From Thecamonas trahens ATCC 50062 (taxonomy: Eukaryota > Protista > Apusomonadida), in assembly GCF_000142905.1 (NCBI RefSeq), contig NW_013657642.1:66135-130134 (forward strand): a stretch of DNA of 64,000 nt. Reading direction: 5' to 3'. Below the pieces are notes generated by a model, which did not search any database, was not told where the DNA came from, and saw only the letters and a list, made by a program, of their open reading frames with translations. Below are positions 53,004 through 64,000 of this stretch, in pieces (within the stretch, counting starts at the first letter, position 1; each line of letters begins with the position of its first letter). A program made the translations under genes and the position numbers.

Positions 53004-54187
53004 AGCATGGCCTGCCGGAGCGCATCGAGCCGCGGCTGCGCCATGCTCCGGGCCCGCGCCGCGCCGTCGGCCAGCACCTTGTCGATGTGGGCAGGATCGG
53101 CCAGCAGCCGCTCGCGCTCGAGCGCAATGGGCTCGACAACCTCGATGGCTGCAGCCGTGAGCGCCTCCTTAAACTGCGACGCGTTGAAGTCTGCCACTTT
53201 GCCCACCGCATCCTCGAGCTCGTCACCGGTGAGCGCGGCGTAGAGCCGGAGCAGAGCCGAAACGTTGGGTCGGGCCTCCTCGTCGTACGACATGCCGACG
53301 ATCGAGTCGGTGGCGGCGCGACGGATCTTGGCTGCGATCGAGTCGCGGGTGTCCTCCAGAGTGATGCGCGACCGCTCGAGCGGGTGCGACTTGGACATCT
53401 TGACTGTGCCATCGTGGAGCGACATGATGCGCGGCGCGCGCGGGTTGAGCAGGACCCGCGGCGGCGCAAGCTTGGTCCCAAACGCAGCGTTGAACTTGGC
53501 CGCGATGTCGCGGGCGAGCTCGATGTGCTGGACCTGGTCGTGCCCGACAGGCACCAGGTTGGCACCGTACAGAAGAATGTCCGCAGCTTGGAGAACCGGG
53601 TAGGAGAAGAGGCCGAGCGCCGATGCTGCCCCGGCCGCCGTCTTGTCCTTGTACTGCGTCATTCGCCGCAGCCAGGCCTCGGGCGTCACCGCACCGAGCA
53701 TCCACGCGAGCGTGGTGTGCTCCTGAACCTCCGACTGGACGTACAGCACGGTGCGGTCCGGATCAATACCAGCGGCAAGGAGCGATGCTGCCGTCGCCCT
53801 CGAGCACTCGGCCAGCGCCACTCCCGAGCCCGCCAGCGTCGTCATGGCGTGCGAGTCGACAACAGAGACCACCATCGGCGCCTGGACCCCGGCCTTCACC
53901 CCCACAGCTGCCTCGGCGCCGATCTGCTCCTGCAGCCGGAGCCACGTCGCCACCGCCCCAAGATAATTGCCCAGATGCAGCACGCCCGTCGGCTGAATGC
54001 CCGAAAACACCACATCGGCCTTGTCCAGCACATATCGCGGCGTTTGGATGATGTGCGCACCCACAGCGTCACCCACTCCCGCTGCCTTGCCCGCCTTTCC
54101 GGCGCTCATACCACGCACCCTCCCTGCACCCGCGCCCACAAGCCTCCCCATCGCCGCCCCTCCACCAACAGCCAGTCCCCGAAGCAT
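52994..54187 (-). CDS. WARS2: Mitochondrial (bacterial-type) tryptophanyl-tRNA synthetase
   Basis: FSGIQPTG.LHLGNYLGA; YPVLQAADILLY; VPVGHDQVQH; KMSKS; Arg/Gly/Ala-rich transit peptide. Confidence 0.95.
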   Translation of the reverse strand: MLRGLAVGGGAAMGRLVGAGAGRVRGMSAGKAGKAAGVGDAVGAHIIQTPRYVLDKADVVFSGIQPTGVLHLGNYLGAVATWLRLQEQIGAEAAVGVKAGVQAPMVVSVVDSHAMTTLAGSGVALAECSRATAASLLAAGIDPDRTVLYVQSEVQEHTTLAWMLGAVTPEAWLRRMTQYKDKTAAGAASALGLFSYPVLQAADILLYGANLVPVGHDQVQHIELARDIAAKFNAAFGTKLAPPRVLLNPRAPRIMSLHDGTVKMSKSHPLERSRITLEDTRDSIAAKIRRAATDSIVGMSYDEEARPNVSALLRLYAALTGDELEDAVGKVADFNASQFKEALTAAAIEVVEPIALERERLLADPAHIDKVLADGAARARSMAQPRLDALRQAMLQL

Positions 54188-54598
54188 CCTTCCGCACCTC
54201 TTTGTCTGCGAGATGACTGTCTCCGTCCACCCCTCCCCCCCTCCCCCCCCCCCCCCTCGCTCCCCGTCCCAGACGCGTCACAGGGCAGGCCAGGCCGGCC
54301 CGGCCATGGCACCAGGGCGGCAGGGACGATGGCGTGGATGGTCGATCGGAAGCGATGAGACGATGGAGGGAGAGTGGATGAAGACTGGCACTGGTTGGCC
54401 TGCTGGACGTCCTGAGCCTACCGGGCTTGCTTGGTCTGCCTTGTGCCGCTGTGGCGGTGTGACCGTCGACCAAACTCGACGCCACCACCGCCCGCTTGCC
54501 CACACTGCTCTCGGCCGGGGCGACAGATTGCGGGTGCGGGTGCGGGTGCTTGGACGATAGCTGGATAGTTGGTGGTGTAGGCTCTGGCTGGTGTGTGT

Positions 54599-55450
54599 AT
54601 GGTTGGACTGCTGCGGTGCATGCGACTGTGCTCGGTGTTGGCGTGGGTGGGGCTGGCCGTGGCTGCGCTGGTGGTAGCGGGTGCCGCGGGCGGTGTTAGT
54701 GGCGGGGATGGTGGCCGATGCGACGGCGTGGACGGGCTTGGCGGGCGAGTCGCTGTGGTTGATGGCGTGGAAGACATGCTGGGTGCTGGATTGCCTGGGG
54801 CTGGCTTTGCGCTGTTGTATGCGCCGGGGTGCCCGCACTCGGCCCGGGCCTGGCCGCGCTTCCTGGGTGCGGCGGCAGCGGTGGAGGCGCAGCTGGGGCG
54901 GATGCGGGCGCATTGTGTTTCTGGGACAGCGTCTACGGCAGCTACGGTGCCGAATACAAGGTATGTGGCGAGCGACGCGTCGCGGAAGCCCGAGATCGCC
55001 CTGAGCGTCCGCATCTGGGCCGTCCCGCTCATGGTGGCGGTGGTCAACGGGAGCGTGGCGGCGACCCGGGTCCCACCGGTCGACGACGATCCGACGGCAA
55101 TGGCGGCGTGGATGGCCAGACAGCTGGAGCGCAGATGGCCGATGCTGCGGGAGACGCAGCTTGTGGAGCTTGTTCGCGGCGGCGAGCGTGGCGTCTGTCC
55201 AGCCGTGGTCCTCGATCGCCACCCAGAGTGCAGTGCGGCGGCTGGCGCGCCCGTGGAGCTGCTGCCACCATGGCCCGAGGTCCGCATTGCCTTTCGCCCG
55301 TCCCGGCCTTTTACACCGGGTACACTTGCCGCAAGCATCGTGGTGATGGTTGCGGTGGTGGTGTGGGCGGCGTCACCGGGCACAGTGAGTCTGTGGTGGC
55401 GGCACATCTTCGAGCCGCCGCTTGTGGTCCAGCATCTGCACAGAGAATAA
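54599..55450 (+). CDS. Membrane thioredoxin-fold protein with CxxS (TXNDC15/APR-like), tentative
   Basis: Signal/TM; FALLYAPGCPHS; IALSVRIWAVP (cis-Pro region); C-terminal TM. Confidence 0.55.
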   Translation: MVGLLRCMRLCSVLAWVGLAVAALVVAGAAGGVSGGDGGRCDGVDGLGGRVAVVDGVEDMLGAGLPGAGFALLYAPGCPHSARAWPRFLGAAAAVEAQLGRMRAHCVSGTASTAATVPNTRYVASDASRKPEIALSVRIWAVPLMVAVVNGSVAATRVPPVDDDPTAMAAWMARQLERRWPMLRETQLVELVRGGERGVCPAVVLDRHPECSAAAGAPVELLPPWPEVRIAFRPSRPFTPGTLAASIVVMVAVVVWAASPGTVSLWWRHIFEPPLVVQHLHRE

Positions 55451-55459
55451 CAATCGTGA

Positions 55460-56083
55460 TCATGTGTCCTCGGCCGATGCGATCGCAGCCTCTTCCCCAG
55501 CTTCAGCACCAGCCACGACAGCAACATCGTCTTCCCCAGCCGCGACAGCAGCATCCCCGTTCCCAGCTTCAGCACCAGCTTCAGCACCAGCCTCAACCCC
55601 ACCATCCCCTTCCCCAGCTGCAACATCACCACCCACGGCCTCGCCCGGCTCGCCACTCAGGTCGCCCTCATCATCGTCGTCGGGATCTAGGATGAGGGCG
55701 TTGGGGTCGGCGGCGACGACCAGCGGGAACTTGTCGTCGAGCTTGCTTCTCAGTGAGCGGCAGCGCTTGAAGATGTTGTCCAAGTCCTTTTTCATCTCCC
55801 GTAGAAGCTTGGTGTAGCTCTCGAGGGCCTTGACCTGCTTTCCCTGTGCCGCCGCCACCTCTGCGTTGAACTGCTCCAGCACCGCGTTGGTCGCCCGGTA
55901 CCGCTCAAGCGACGCCTCCTGCGCCGCAAGCACCCCGTCCACTTCGTCCTTGTCCACCAGCCGTCCCAGCGCACACCCCAGCTTCTCCCCGGCCGACTTT
56001 GTCTCTGTCCCTGCTCCTGTTCCTGTCGCTGTCACTGCCGTTGGCCCTGCTGCGGTCCCTGCCCGCGCCGCCTCGTCGCCCAT
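55460..56083 (-). CDS. KXD1: KxDL-motif protein (BORC subunit KXD1-like)
   Basis: LAAQ..SLERYRATN..L..FN...YTKLLREMKKDLDNIFKRCRSLRSKL. Confidence 0.85.
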   Translation of the reverse strand: MGDEAARAGTAAGPTAVTATGTGAGTETKSAGEKLGCALGRLVDKDEVDGVLAAQEASLERYRATNAVLEQFNAEVAAAQGKQVKALESYTKLLREMKKDLDNIFKRCRSLRSKLDDKFPLVVAADPNALILDPDDDDEGDLSGEPGEAVGGDVAAGEGDGGVEAGAEAGAEAGNGDAAVAAGEDDVAVVAGAEAGEEAAIASAEDT

Positions 56084-56167
56084 GTTGCCCTCCTCGCTCG
56101 ACCACAGCTAGACGAGTGTAGCCACTTTCCCTTCTCCCCCCCCTCCCCACACGACTCGCTGTTGGTG

Positions 56168-59100
56168 TTACTCGTCTTCGGAGCGCAGGGCATCGGTGAC
56201 CCATGCGGTGAGCTTCTGCAGCTGCGGCGACTGCGCGATCTCTGGGAGGAGCGCCTTGAGCAGGCTGCGCCCGTCGAGATCGGCTCGGGTGGTGGAGAGG
56301 AGGTTGATGGCCACATTGCGGAGCTTGGCCTCGGCCGCGTCGCGGACCAGCCGCCGGACGTACTCACGCATCCAGTGCTCAAACTCGCTGCTCGAGCCCA
56401 TGGCGAGCGCGGCAGAGACCTGGTGCTCCAGGTAGCCGACGGTGACCAGGCGCTGCTGGCTGAGCGAGAGCGCTGCCAGGAACGGCGCAACTTGGTGTGC
56501 GAGCCGAGGGACCAGCCGAAGCTGCGCCGCCGCGAGCTCGCCCGACGGCAGCGACGCCCGCGCAAAGCCGAGTGACGACGCAAAGTACTGCGAGCCGACG
56601 TACGAGCCGTCGGCCACCCGCATCCACGCGTCCGCCGCAGCGTTGTGCAGGTACACATACCCATTCGAGAGCTCGACCACCACGTCGCTCTCCGGGCCGA
56701 CGCTGCGCACGTCCGCCACGCGCACCTCAGCCGCGCTCGCCTCGCCGGCAACAACAGAGTTGAGCAGCGGCGCGACAGTGAGCGTCTTGCGCGCCACCAT
56801 GCTCGCCGCGGCCCGGCCGCCTCCGTGCCCATGCCCGAGCGGTGCGCCAAGCCGCGCCAGCGGACCGACCACCTCCCACACCCGGAGCGAGCCCGACGCG
56901 CTAAGCGCCACAATCCGCGGCAAATCTGCACTCACCCGGACCATCACCAGCGGCAGCCCGAGGACCAATGCTGGCGAGAGCAGCGCGCCGTTGGCCGCAG
57001 AGAACACATGCAGCCCGCCGTCGTCAAACGTCGCCGCCACCGCAAGCAGCTCTGACGCCGCCACGGCGTTGACCCGCCCCGGCACATAAGCCTCCCACAC
57101 CAGCTCGCCACTCTGGCTCAGCGAGAGGCTCGATCCTCGCGCAGGCCCGGCTTCTGCCGGCCCGCTCAACTTCCATCCCCGCGCCTCAAGCGCGTACTCG
57201 ATCGCCTCGTCGCCTCCGCTCGGACTGCTCGGCCCGGCCCCGAGCAGGACCGGCGCCGGCGCCACCCGGAAGCTGACAGCCTTGACCGGCGTCACCGCCG
57301 GCGGGTCCAGGTACAAGTCCTCCGCGCTCACCACCAGCCGTGCCACAGGCTCGGCTGGCTCCACCTCGCCCATCGTCAGCGTCCGCTGGCGCTTCGCCCG
57401 CGACACCCCGCCGGCTGCCGGCGCCATGCTAGCTCCAGGCGGATCGCTGGCGCCGGCTCCGCCCAGCGACGCCCGCGTGGCCGTTCGCTTGCGCGGAATG
57501 AGCGTGTTGACCACCGGCGGGTTCATCGACGGCCGTGCAAAGCCCGTCTGCGACGTCGACCGCGGCGCGAGGACTGCCGGCGCCGCTGCGCCTGGCAGCG
57601 TCGACAGCAGCTGGGGCTGGACCCGCCGCTTGCCGCTTTTGGTGATCGACTCCTTCTGCTCCACTGGCGGAAGCGCTACCGGCTCCGACACCGCCAGCTG
57701 CTGCATCTTGCCCGCTATGCCGTGGGCGCCCTTCACTGCGTCCAGCCCAGACCGCAGCGCCTCGGTCTCCGCCCGCACCGCAGACACCGTTCGCGGCGTG
57801 AGCGTCATCGACGGCGCCGAAATCGACTGCAGGCTCACCGTCTCGGCGTACTCCTGCAGGTGCACCGTCTTGCCCAGGAACTCGCCGTACTCGTCCGCCA
57901 GAATCCGCTGGTGCTCGCGCTCAGAGACGGGCTGTGAGAGCACGTGCTCTGACTCAATGTCAAAGACAAAGCATCCGACCGTCCCGTCGTACGAGCACGC
58001 CATCAGAACTGTCCCGTCGTCTGACCACGACAGATCCATTACAGAGTGCTCAAACATCGCCGTAGCAATCAGTAGCGGCCGGTCTTGGAATGACGCCCAG
58101 ATCGAAATCGAGTTGTCCTGCGACCCAATGGCGCAGCAGACAAAGTATTCGTCGTCATTGCCTCCTGCCGACGGAGACCCCGGGCTGGCACTGCTGCTGC
58201 CGCTCTTCTTCTTCCGCCGCTTCTTGTCCTTGGTCGGCGTGGCAGCCTCGCTTGCCTCGTCCTCATCATCGCCTTCGGCCGAGTTCGCGCCTTTGCTCTC
58301 ATCTGCGACCGCACCCGCGCCCGGTGCTTGTGCCTGGGCCTGCGTCTCTCCCTCTGACGCCGGTGGTGCTGCCGCTGTCGCCCGAAAGTGCTCCGGAATG
58401 CGAAAGAGCCGCGGGTTGTACCGCGCAACCACCACAGGCTCAGAATGACCGACAAACTCGACGGCAGTCTCCCACGTGTCGCGCGCGAGCACAGTGGCAA
58501 CAGGATTGGTGTTGTTGTACGCGTACGCCGAGGTCAGCCACTTGCCATCAGGTGACCACGAGCAGCGGCGGAAGAACGAGTGCGGCGGCGAGCCCTCAAA
58601 GGGCGCGGCCACCGAGGCCACCTGCCGCCACTCGGTAGTTGACCAGATCTTGAGCGAGCGGTCGTTCGACTGCGATGCGAGGTACTTGCCGACAGGGTCC
58701 CACGCCAGACCCTTGACAAACTCCGAGTGGCCCTTGAGAGTGGCAAGCAGCTCAAACTCGGTCGTGTCCCACACCAGAATGTCGCCGTCAACTCCGCATG
58801 ACGCCAAGTATGAGTCATCACACGACCACGCCAGGTCAGTCACGTCGGCAGTATGCCCACGGAGCGCCCGGTAAAAGCCCCACCCCTCGTGGTTAACCTT
58901 GGCCGAGCCAAAGACCTGCGTTGGCGAGTCGGACTGCGCCCAGATGATGATGACTTTGTCGTCGGCTCCCGACGCCAGAAACTCACCCGACGCACACCAC
59001 CGGACCGCGTTAATGGCGCCCTGATGCCGCGGCAGCGTCGCCAGACACCGGTGCTGCCGCTCCACCGCACTGGCAGCCCGCGGCGGCGAGCCCTGGCTCG

Positions 59101-59523
59101 CCGCGCTACCGAATCCAGTCGCGCCCGAGCCCATGAGCAGGTCCATCCGCGACGCCTTGCCGGCCTTGCCCGCCGCTTTCTTGCTCGACCCTTTCTTGCC
59201 CGACCCCTTGCTCTTCCCGTCATCATCGTATCCAGCGTCATCATCATCGTCATCATCGTCTTCCGACGTTGTGTACACGCCACTATCGTCCGACTCGTCG
59301 TCCGAGTCTGATGTCGCCGAGCCAGTCAGCTTTGCCGCCGCATCCACAAACGGCACCATGGACCAGATCTTGACGTTGCGGTCCGAGCCCCCGGTGGCAA
59401 AGCGAGTAGCCGACGGATGGATATCGATGGAGAAGATCGGATTCCCTCCATGGTTCACCCATTTGGCCTTGCACAAGTCCACCTATCCATTTCCACCCCA
59501 ACACTCTCTCTGTGAGTGCTGTG

Positions 59524-59574
<51 letters not shown>

Positions 59575-59815
59575 GGTGTGTGTGTGTGGTGTCTGGTGGT
59601 GGTGGCGGTGGTGCAGAATCAAACCGCCCCGCCACCACCAAGGCTGTCCTGGTAGCCACTACAGCCATGGCCCAGTGCGCGGGAAGGGGACAAATGGGGA
59701 ATGTGGCGGTGGCAACAGTGTGGTGGAGGGAGGGTGTATGGTGGGGGGGAGGGGGGGAGGGGCTGTTACCTACATTCTCCTCGTGTTCAGGTCGCGGTGA
59801 CGGTGACCTGGACAT
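56168..59815 (-). CDS. HIRA: Histone chaperone HIRA/Hir1; main exon 56168-59482, tentative first exon 59774-59815
   Basis: KWVNHGGNPIFSIDIHP; WD40s (GHSEFVKGLAWDPVGKYLASQS; FFRRCSWSPDG); B-domain ITKSGKRRVQP; C-terminal YLEHQV..AL...SSEFEHW..YVRRL. Confidence 0.93.
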
Positions 59816-60057
59816 GCCCCCTCGGTTGTCTGCTGAGGTGGGCGAGGGAGTGTGCGGGGAAGTGGGGTGAGGTGGTGTTGCTGCTGGCCGTCACGCGCCT
59901 CTTTGCCGACGCGCACAATTACACACGCACCACTTTCGGACAATCGATGGCATGCGGTGGACAAGCGAGCAGCAAATCAATAAAGAGCTTCACCATCGGT
60001 GCCAATCGGTGCCAATCGGCTTACATGCGGTAGGGTGCACGGCTGGGTTTAAATCGG

Positions 60058-61296
60058 TCACAGCTTTCTCCGCTTGCTCGGAGGGAGGGCGGCGTTCTTG
60101 GCTTGCCGCAGGCGGGCCTCGGCGTCGTCGTCCGAGTCGCTGAAGAGGTCGTCGTCGTCGAGCTGGTCGTCATCGAAGCCAGCGAGCTGCGAGTTGGGCT
60201 TGCGCTTCCGCTTGTTGCGCCAGGCCTCAACGCCGGCGTCATCGTACTCGTGGTGCTCGGGCATGACACCCGAGCGTGAGTCCTCGAGGTAGCCGGCGGC
60301 ATTGTAGTTTGCGGCGGTGCGGCGGCGCTCGTTCTCGGCGATGCGGCGGGCGCGGATGACCTCTGCTGCGGCCTTGGACGCGGTCTCATGGGCGGCGGCG
60401 TCGATAGGCGTTGTCACGGTGGTCTTGATCTTGGACTGGGCGGCAGCCTGCGAGCGCGATGCGACGGCGCGGGTCATCAGCTTGTGGGCCTTGGAGTTGA
60501 TGTCGACGGGCCGGAACGAGATGCGCCCGCCAACGGTTGCGCCCAGCGTCTCGATAGAGTCGAGCTGGCGGATGCCAATCTCGCGGTACTGGGTCTCGCG
60601 GACCACCTGGGCTTCAAACGCCTCCGAGCCGACAAACAGGTGCCACGAGCCGTCCTCCCACTCGACGAGCCGGGTGTTGGACTCAGGCTTGCCCTCGGCG
60701 TTGGTCCGCCAGCGGACGTAGTACTCGCACGGGATGACGAGCTTGTCGTCGTCCTCGGCCTTCCGCGCGTCGTTCGGGTCGACGTAATCCTCACGGGTGT
60801 ACGGCTCGGGCTCGACAGCCAGAAAGTTGGGCATCTTGACCGAGTACACCTCCTTGCCCACCTTGGGCACCGGCCCGAGCACCACTTCCATTGCCGGCCC
60901 GTCCTCGGTGTACGTCTTGTACACCACATCGTCGTCCTCGGCGTCGTCGTCGCTGGCCACCAGTCCGAGCGCCGCGGCGCCGCCGTCGTCGTCGTCGTTG
61001 TCACCATCACCTTGAGGATCCGGCAGGGCGTCGGCCTCTGCGGCGGCAGCTGCCAGATCAACATCCGCCAGCGAGTTGGAGTTGTTGGCGGTGGAGTCCT
61101 CGTCCGCCCCGGGCCCAGCGCCAGCCTCGACGGCGTCGTCATCGGCACTACCGGCATCGTCGTCAGAAATAGCGCCAAACAGGTCCTCCTCATCGCCAGA
61201 CATGTTCTCCTCCTCCGCTGCCGCAGCCACCGGGCTCTCAGCAGGCGCTCCCGTCTCTGCAGCAGTCGTCGTCTCCATGGGCTCCGGCTCTGCCAT
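60058..61296 (-). CDS. LEO1: PAF1-complex subunit Leo1
   Basis: Acidic N-terminus; VKMPNFLAVEPEPY; VRWR...ESNTRLVEWEDGSWHLFVGSEAF; FRP...SKAHK. Confidence 0.92.
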   Translation of the reverse strand: MAEPEPMETTTAAETGAPAESPVAAAAEEENMSGDEEDLFGAISDDDAGSADDDAVEAGAGPGADEDSTANNSNSLADVDLAAAAAEADALPDPQGDGDNDDDDGGAAALGLVASDDDAEDDDVVYKTYTEDGPAMEVVLGPVPKVGKEVYSVKMPNFLAVEPEPYTREDYVDPNDARKAEDDDKLVIPCEYYVRWRTNAEGKPESNTRLVEWEDGSWHLFVGSEAFEAQVVRETQYREIGIRQLDSIETLGATVGGRISFRPVDINSKAHKLMTRAVASRSQAAAQSKIKTTVTTPIDAAAHETASKAAAEVIRARRIAENERRRTAANYNAAGYLEDSRSGVMPEHHEYDDAGVEAWRNKRKRKPNSQLAGFDDDQLDDDDLFSDSDDDAEARLRQAKNAALPPSKRRKL

Positions 61297-61720
61297 GGTA
61301 TGTGTGTGCGGGGAGTGTGGTGTGGGTGCTACAGGGGGACGGGCCAGGAGGGGGGGGAGGGAGAGGGGGGTGAGTGTGTGTGGGGGTCGCTGGGGGGGGG
61401 GGGGAAGGAGAGGGGAGGGAAGGGAGTGGGTACCTGTGCGGGGAGTGGTGTAAGTGGTGAGTGGTGAGTGGTGTGGAGTGTGGAGTGTGGAGTGTGGAGT
61501 GTGGAGTGTTGGAGTGTGTATGTGCTGGGTCTCCCTCTGTCGGCTGGAGGTGGCGGATCAGGGGCAAGTGGCCACAGCCACAGCCAGTGAATGGTGTGGC
61601 CTTTTTGGCGGATGGTCATGGGCCACTCCTGCCACAGGAACAGGCACACGGTCTGTTGCCGAGGCTGTGGCGGTTGGAATGGGTACACATACATTTGACT
61701 GTTGCTAGCAGACAAGACAC

Positions 61721-61936
61721 ATGGCAGTGTCTGCAGACTCTGTCTTTGCACCTATTGACCTCATCGAGGTGGGGGATGCTCTTGCAGAGCTTCCTGAGGA
61801 CCTGGCTGCCCAGGCGCTGGCGGTACGGAATGAGGGGAAGGAGAGGGACGAGGAGGGGGGAGGGTGGAGAGGGAAGGAGGGGGGGAAGGGGAGGGGAGGG
61901 GAGGGGAGGGGAGGGGAGAGGTATGTAGTTTGCGTG

Positions 61937-61968
<32 letters not shown>

Positions 61969-62035
61969 GTGAGGTTGCGGGGGGACTCATGTATGGCCAG
62001 GGGGGCGTGTGTGCGTGTGCCCGCCCACCACCACC

Positions 62036-62109
<74 letters not shown>

Positions 62110-63494
62110 TATCATTATCATCATCGCCTCTCTGCTCCTCGGCTCGCGGGATGTAGGAGCTGAACGAAGACCCGGCGACTCGGCTGCAGTTCCTGGAAGA
62201 GCTGCGCAACCTGCTGCAGAGTCACGAGCTGTACGAGGAGCTCCAGGTGCGGACAGACTTTCGGTTCCTGCTGCCGTTTGCACGGGCGCGCAAGTTCCGG
62301 ATGGAGGAGGCTGCCGCCAACGTGATCAATTACTACACTTTTGCCCGCAAGATGGGCTGGGACAAGGCTGTTCACGTCGACGCCTTCCGCACCGCGCTGG
62401 AGACTGGGGCCATGTGGGTGCTCGGGCAGGACGACGAGGGCCGGACGATGGTCTCGCTGCAGGGCGCGTTCTTTGAGACGTCACGAGCGAGCCTCGCCGA
62501 CTTTCAGCGCGCGCTGTACTTTCTGCTTCATCTGTGCATCCGTGACGACGCCACCCAGATCCGCGGCTTTGTCATCCTGGAGGACATGCGCGGCATGGGG
62601 CTCGACGCTGCGTCATTTGAGCGCAACGGCGCCAAGGTCTGCTTTGAGATGATGTCCAAGAACTTTCCGGCGCGGATGAAGGGCTTCTACGTGGTCAACC
62701 AGCCTTGGTTCATCTCAGGCCTGTTCAAGGTCGCCAAACCGTTTGTCTCGTCCAAGATCTCGTCGCGGGTTCACATGCTCGGCTCGGACCTGTCCAAGCT
62801 GCACGAGATCTTTGGCGCCGATAAGCTGCCGCGTCAGTACTACGGCGGCGAGGTCGAGTTTGACTGGCCCTCGCATGTTGCCGCCATCTACGACGAGGTC
62901 GGTGCCGTCTACGAGCCACCGCAGCGCCTCGTCCTCACCTCGACCCTCTCCCCGCTGCCCAAGGAGTTTGGCATCGACGTCGTCCAGCTCGACGGACGCA
63001 TTTCGGTCTCGGGCATCGACGCTGGCTCGCTCGGCGAGCACCTCGGCCTCCACCTCGGCGACATTATCGAGACACTCAACGGGCTTCCGGTCCGTTTCAT
63101 GCGCCACCTCAAGCTCAAGAAGTCCTGGCCTGCCGTCACCGTCGAGCTCATCCGCCCCTCACCCGAGGAGAAGGCTCGCCGCGACGAGCTCATTGCGAAG
63201 ACCTTTGGTGTCGGGGTGGACCACGCTGACGCCCAGCCTGTTTTCTCCGGCGATGCCGCTGCATCGCCTGCCAGCGATGGTGCCGCTCAGGACGACGCCG
63301 CTGCCTACGACAGCGACGGCTACGACTCCGAGGGCGCAACCGATCCGTTTGGCGAGTATCCCGACGCTGCTCTCGCCGACGATGCCAGTCACGCTGGTAG
63401 CATTGCCAGTGCTGGCAGCCACGTCGAGTACTCGGACGTGGGCAGCGACGGCGATGATGGCCACGAGCCGGAGCGCTCGGGCAGCGACAACGAT

Positions 63495-63534
<40 letters not shown>

Positions 63535-63575
63535 GCGATGGCGAGGATTCAGAGCATGATAACCCGTTTGTGTAA
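61721..63575 (+). CDS. CRAL-TRIO (CRALBP/clavesin/TTPA-like) lipid-binding protein with C-terminal PDZ; intron 61823-62156
   Basis: AAQALA|ELNEDP...FLLPFARARKF; TQIRGFVILED..G; FPARMKGFYVVNQPW; LPRQYYGG; PDZ FGIDV...ISVSGIDAGSLGEHLGLHLGDIIETLNG. Confidence 0.88.
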
Positions 63576-63860
63576 ACGCCCTGCATCCGTGTGTCCCAAG
63601 TAGTCCCAGCCGCACTCGTGGCCTGTGACCGTCGCCCCAGCCAGCGCGTGGCCGCCGCTTAGCCCCAACAGCACCTGCACGACGGAACACAACAGCTCAC
63701 CGTCACCACACCGCCACCAAGACCACGCCCACCGCTCCCCTCCCCCCCCCCCCCCTTCCTACCTACCCATACCCCCTGCCACACATGGGCATCTTCCACA
63801 CCCTCCGCTCGTGGATACACCTGTGCATGCAGGTCTGCGTGTGTCTGGCCTTTACCATCG

Positions 63861-63945
63861 GTACGTCCTCTGGTCGACTGTTACCCCCCTCCCCTTCCCC
63901 CACCCCCCCCCCGTTTCTTTGGCGTTTGGGCTCGCGTTCTTGTAG
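63861..63945 (+). other. Probable spliceosomal intron of a gene running off the window
   Basis: GTACGT donor, C-rich body, TTCTTGTAG acceptor; one spliced frame stays open to the window end. Confidence 0.4.
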
Positions 63946-64000
63946 ATTTCTTGATAAATATACTAAAACTTTAAATGCACGAACAAGATGGAACTACCTG

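Noticed and set aside
61466-61515. (GTGGAGT)n as a telomere-like repeat
   Set aside because: Only about 5 copies, interstitial, and not a canonical telomere motif
1-64000. tRNA, rRNA or transposon genes
   Set aside because: No cloverleaf, rRNA signature, transposase/RT motif or terminal repeat recognised by eye; a covariance-model search was not possible

Overview
GC-rich, gene-dense eukaryotic DNA with sparse, 5'-biased GT-AG introns filled with low-complexity tracts. The gene set and style suggest a free-living flagellate protist; an apusomonad such as Thecamonas is my guess and cannot be proven here. About 30 protein-coding genes are visible. Housekeeping genes include PSMA1, mitochondrial TrpRS, HIRA, LEO1, KXD1, a cathepsin D-like protease, a NEK kinase, a ZIP transporter and a TMEM68-like acyltransferase. 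The most striking gene is a single-chain K+ channel with FOUR 2TM/pore modules and a circularly permuted C2 domain joined through its Ca2+-binding loop. Other unusual genes are an intronless bacterial Imm51-type toxin-immunity gene, a DEK1-like multi-pass membrane calpain, a P-type ATPase with its catalytic motifs erased, very divergent CRM1-like and VDAC-like paralogs, and several domain fusions (CAP-Gly x3 + inactive transglutaminase, CRAL-TRIO + PDZ, F-box + UBL, ArfGAP + C2). There is one 100-N assembly gap next to a (TA)n tract. I recognised no rRNA, tRNA, CRISPR array or transposase. All family calls come from motif recognition by eye; no database searches were run.
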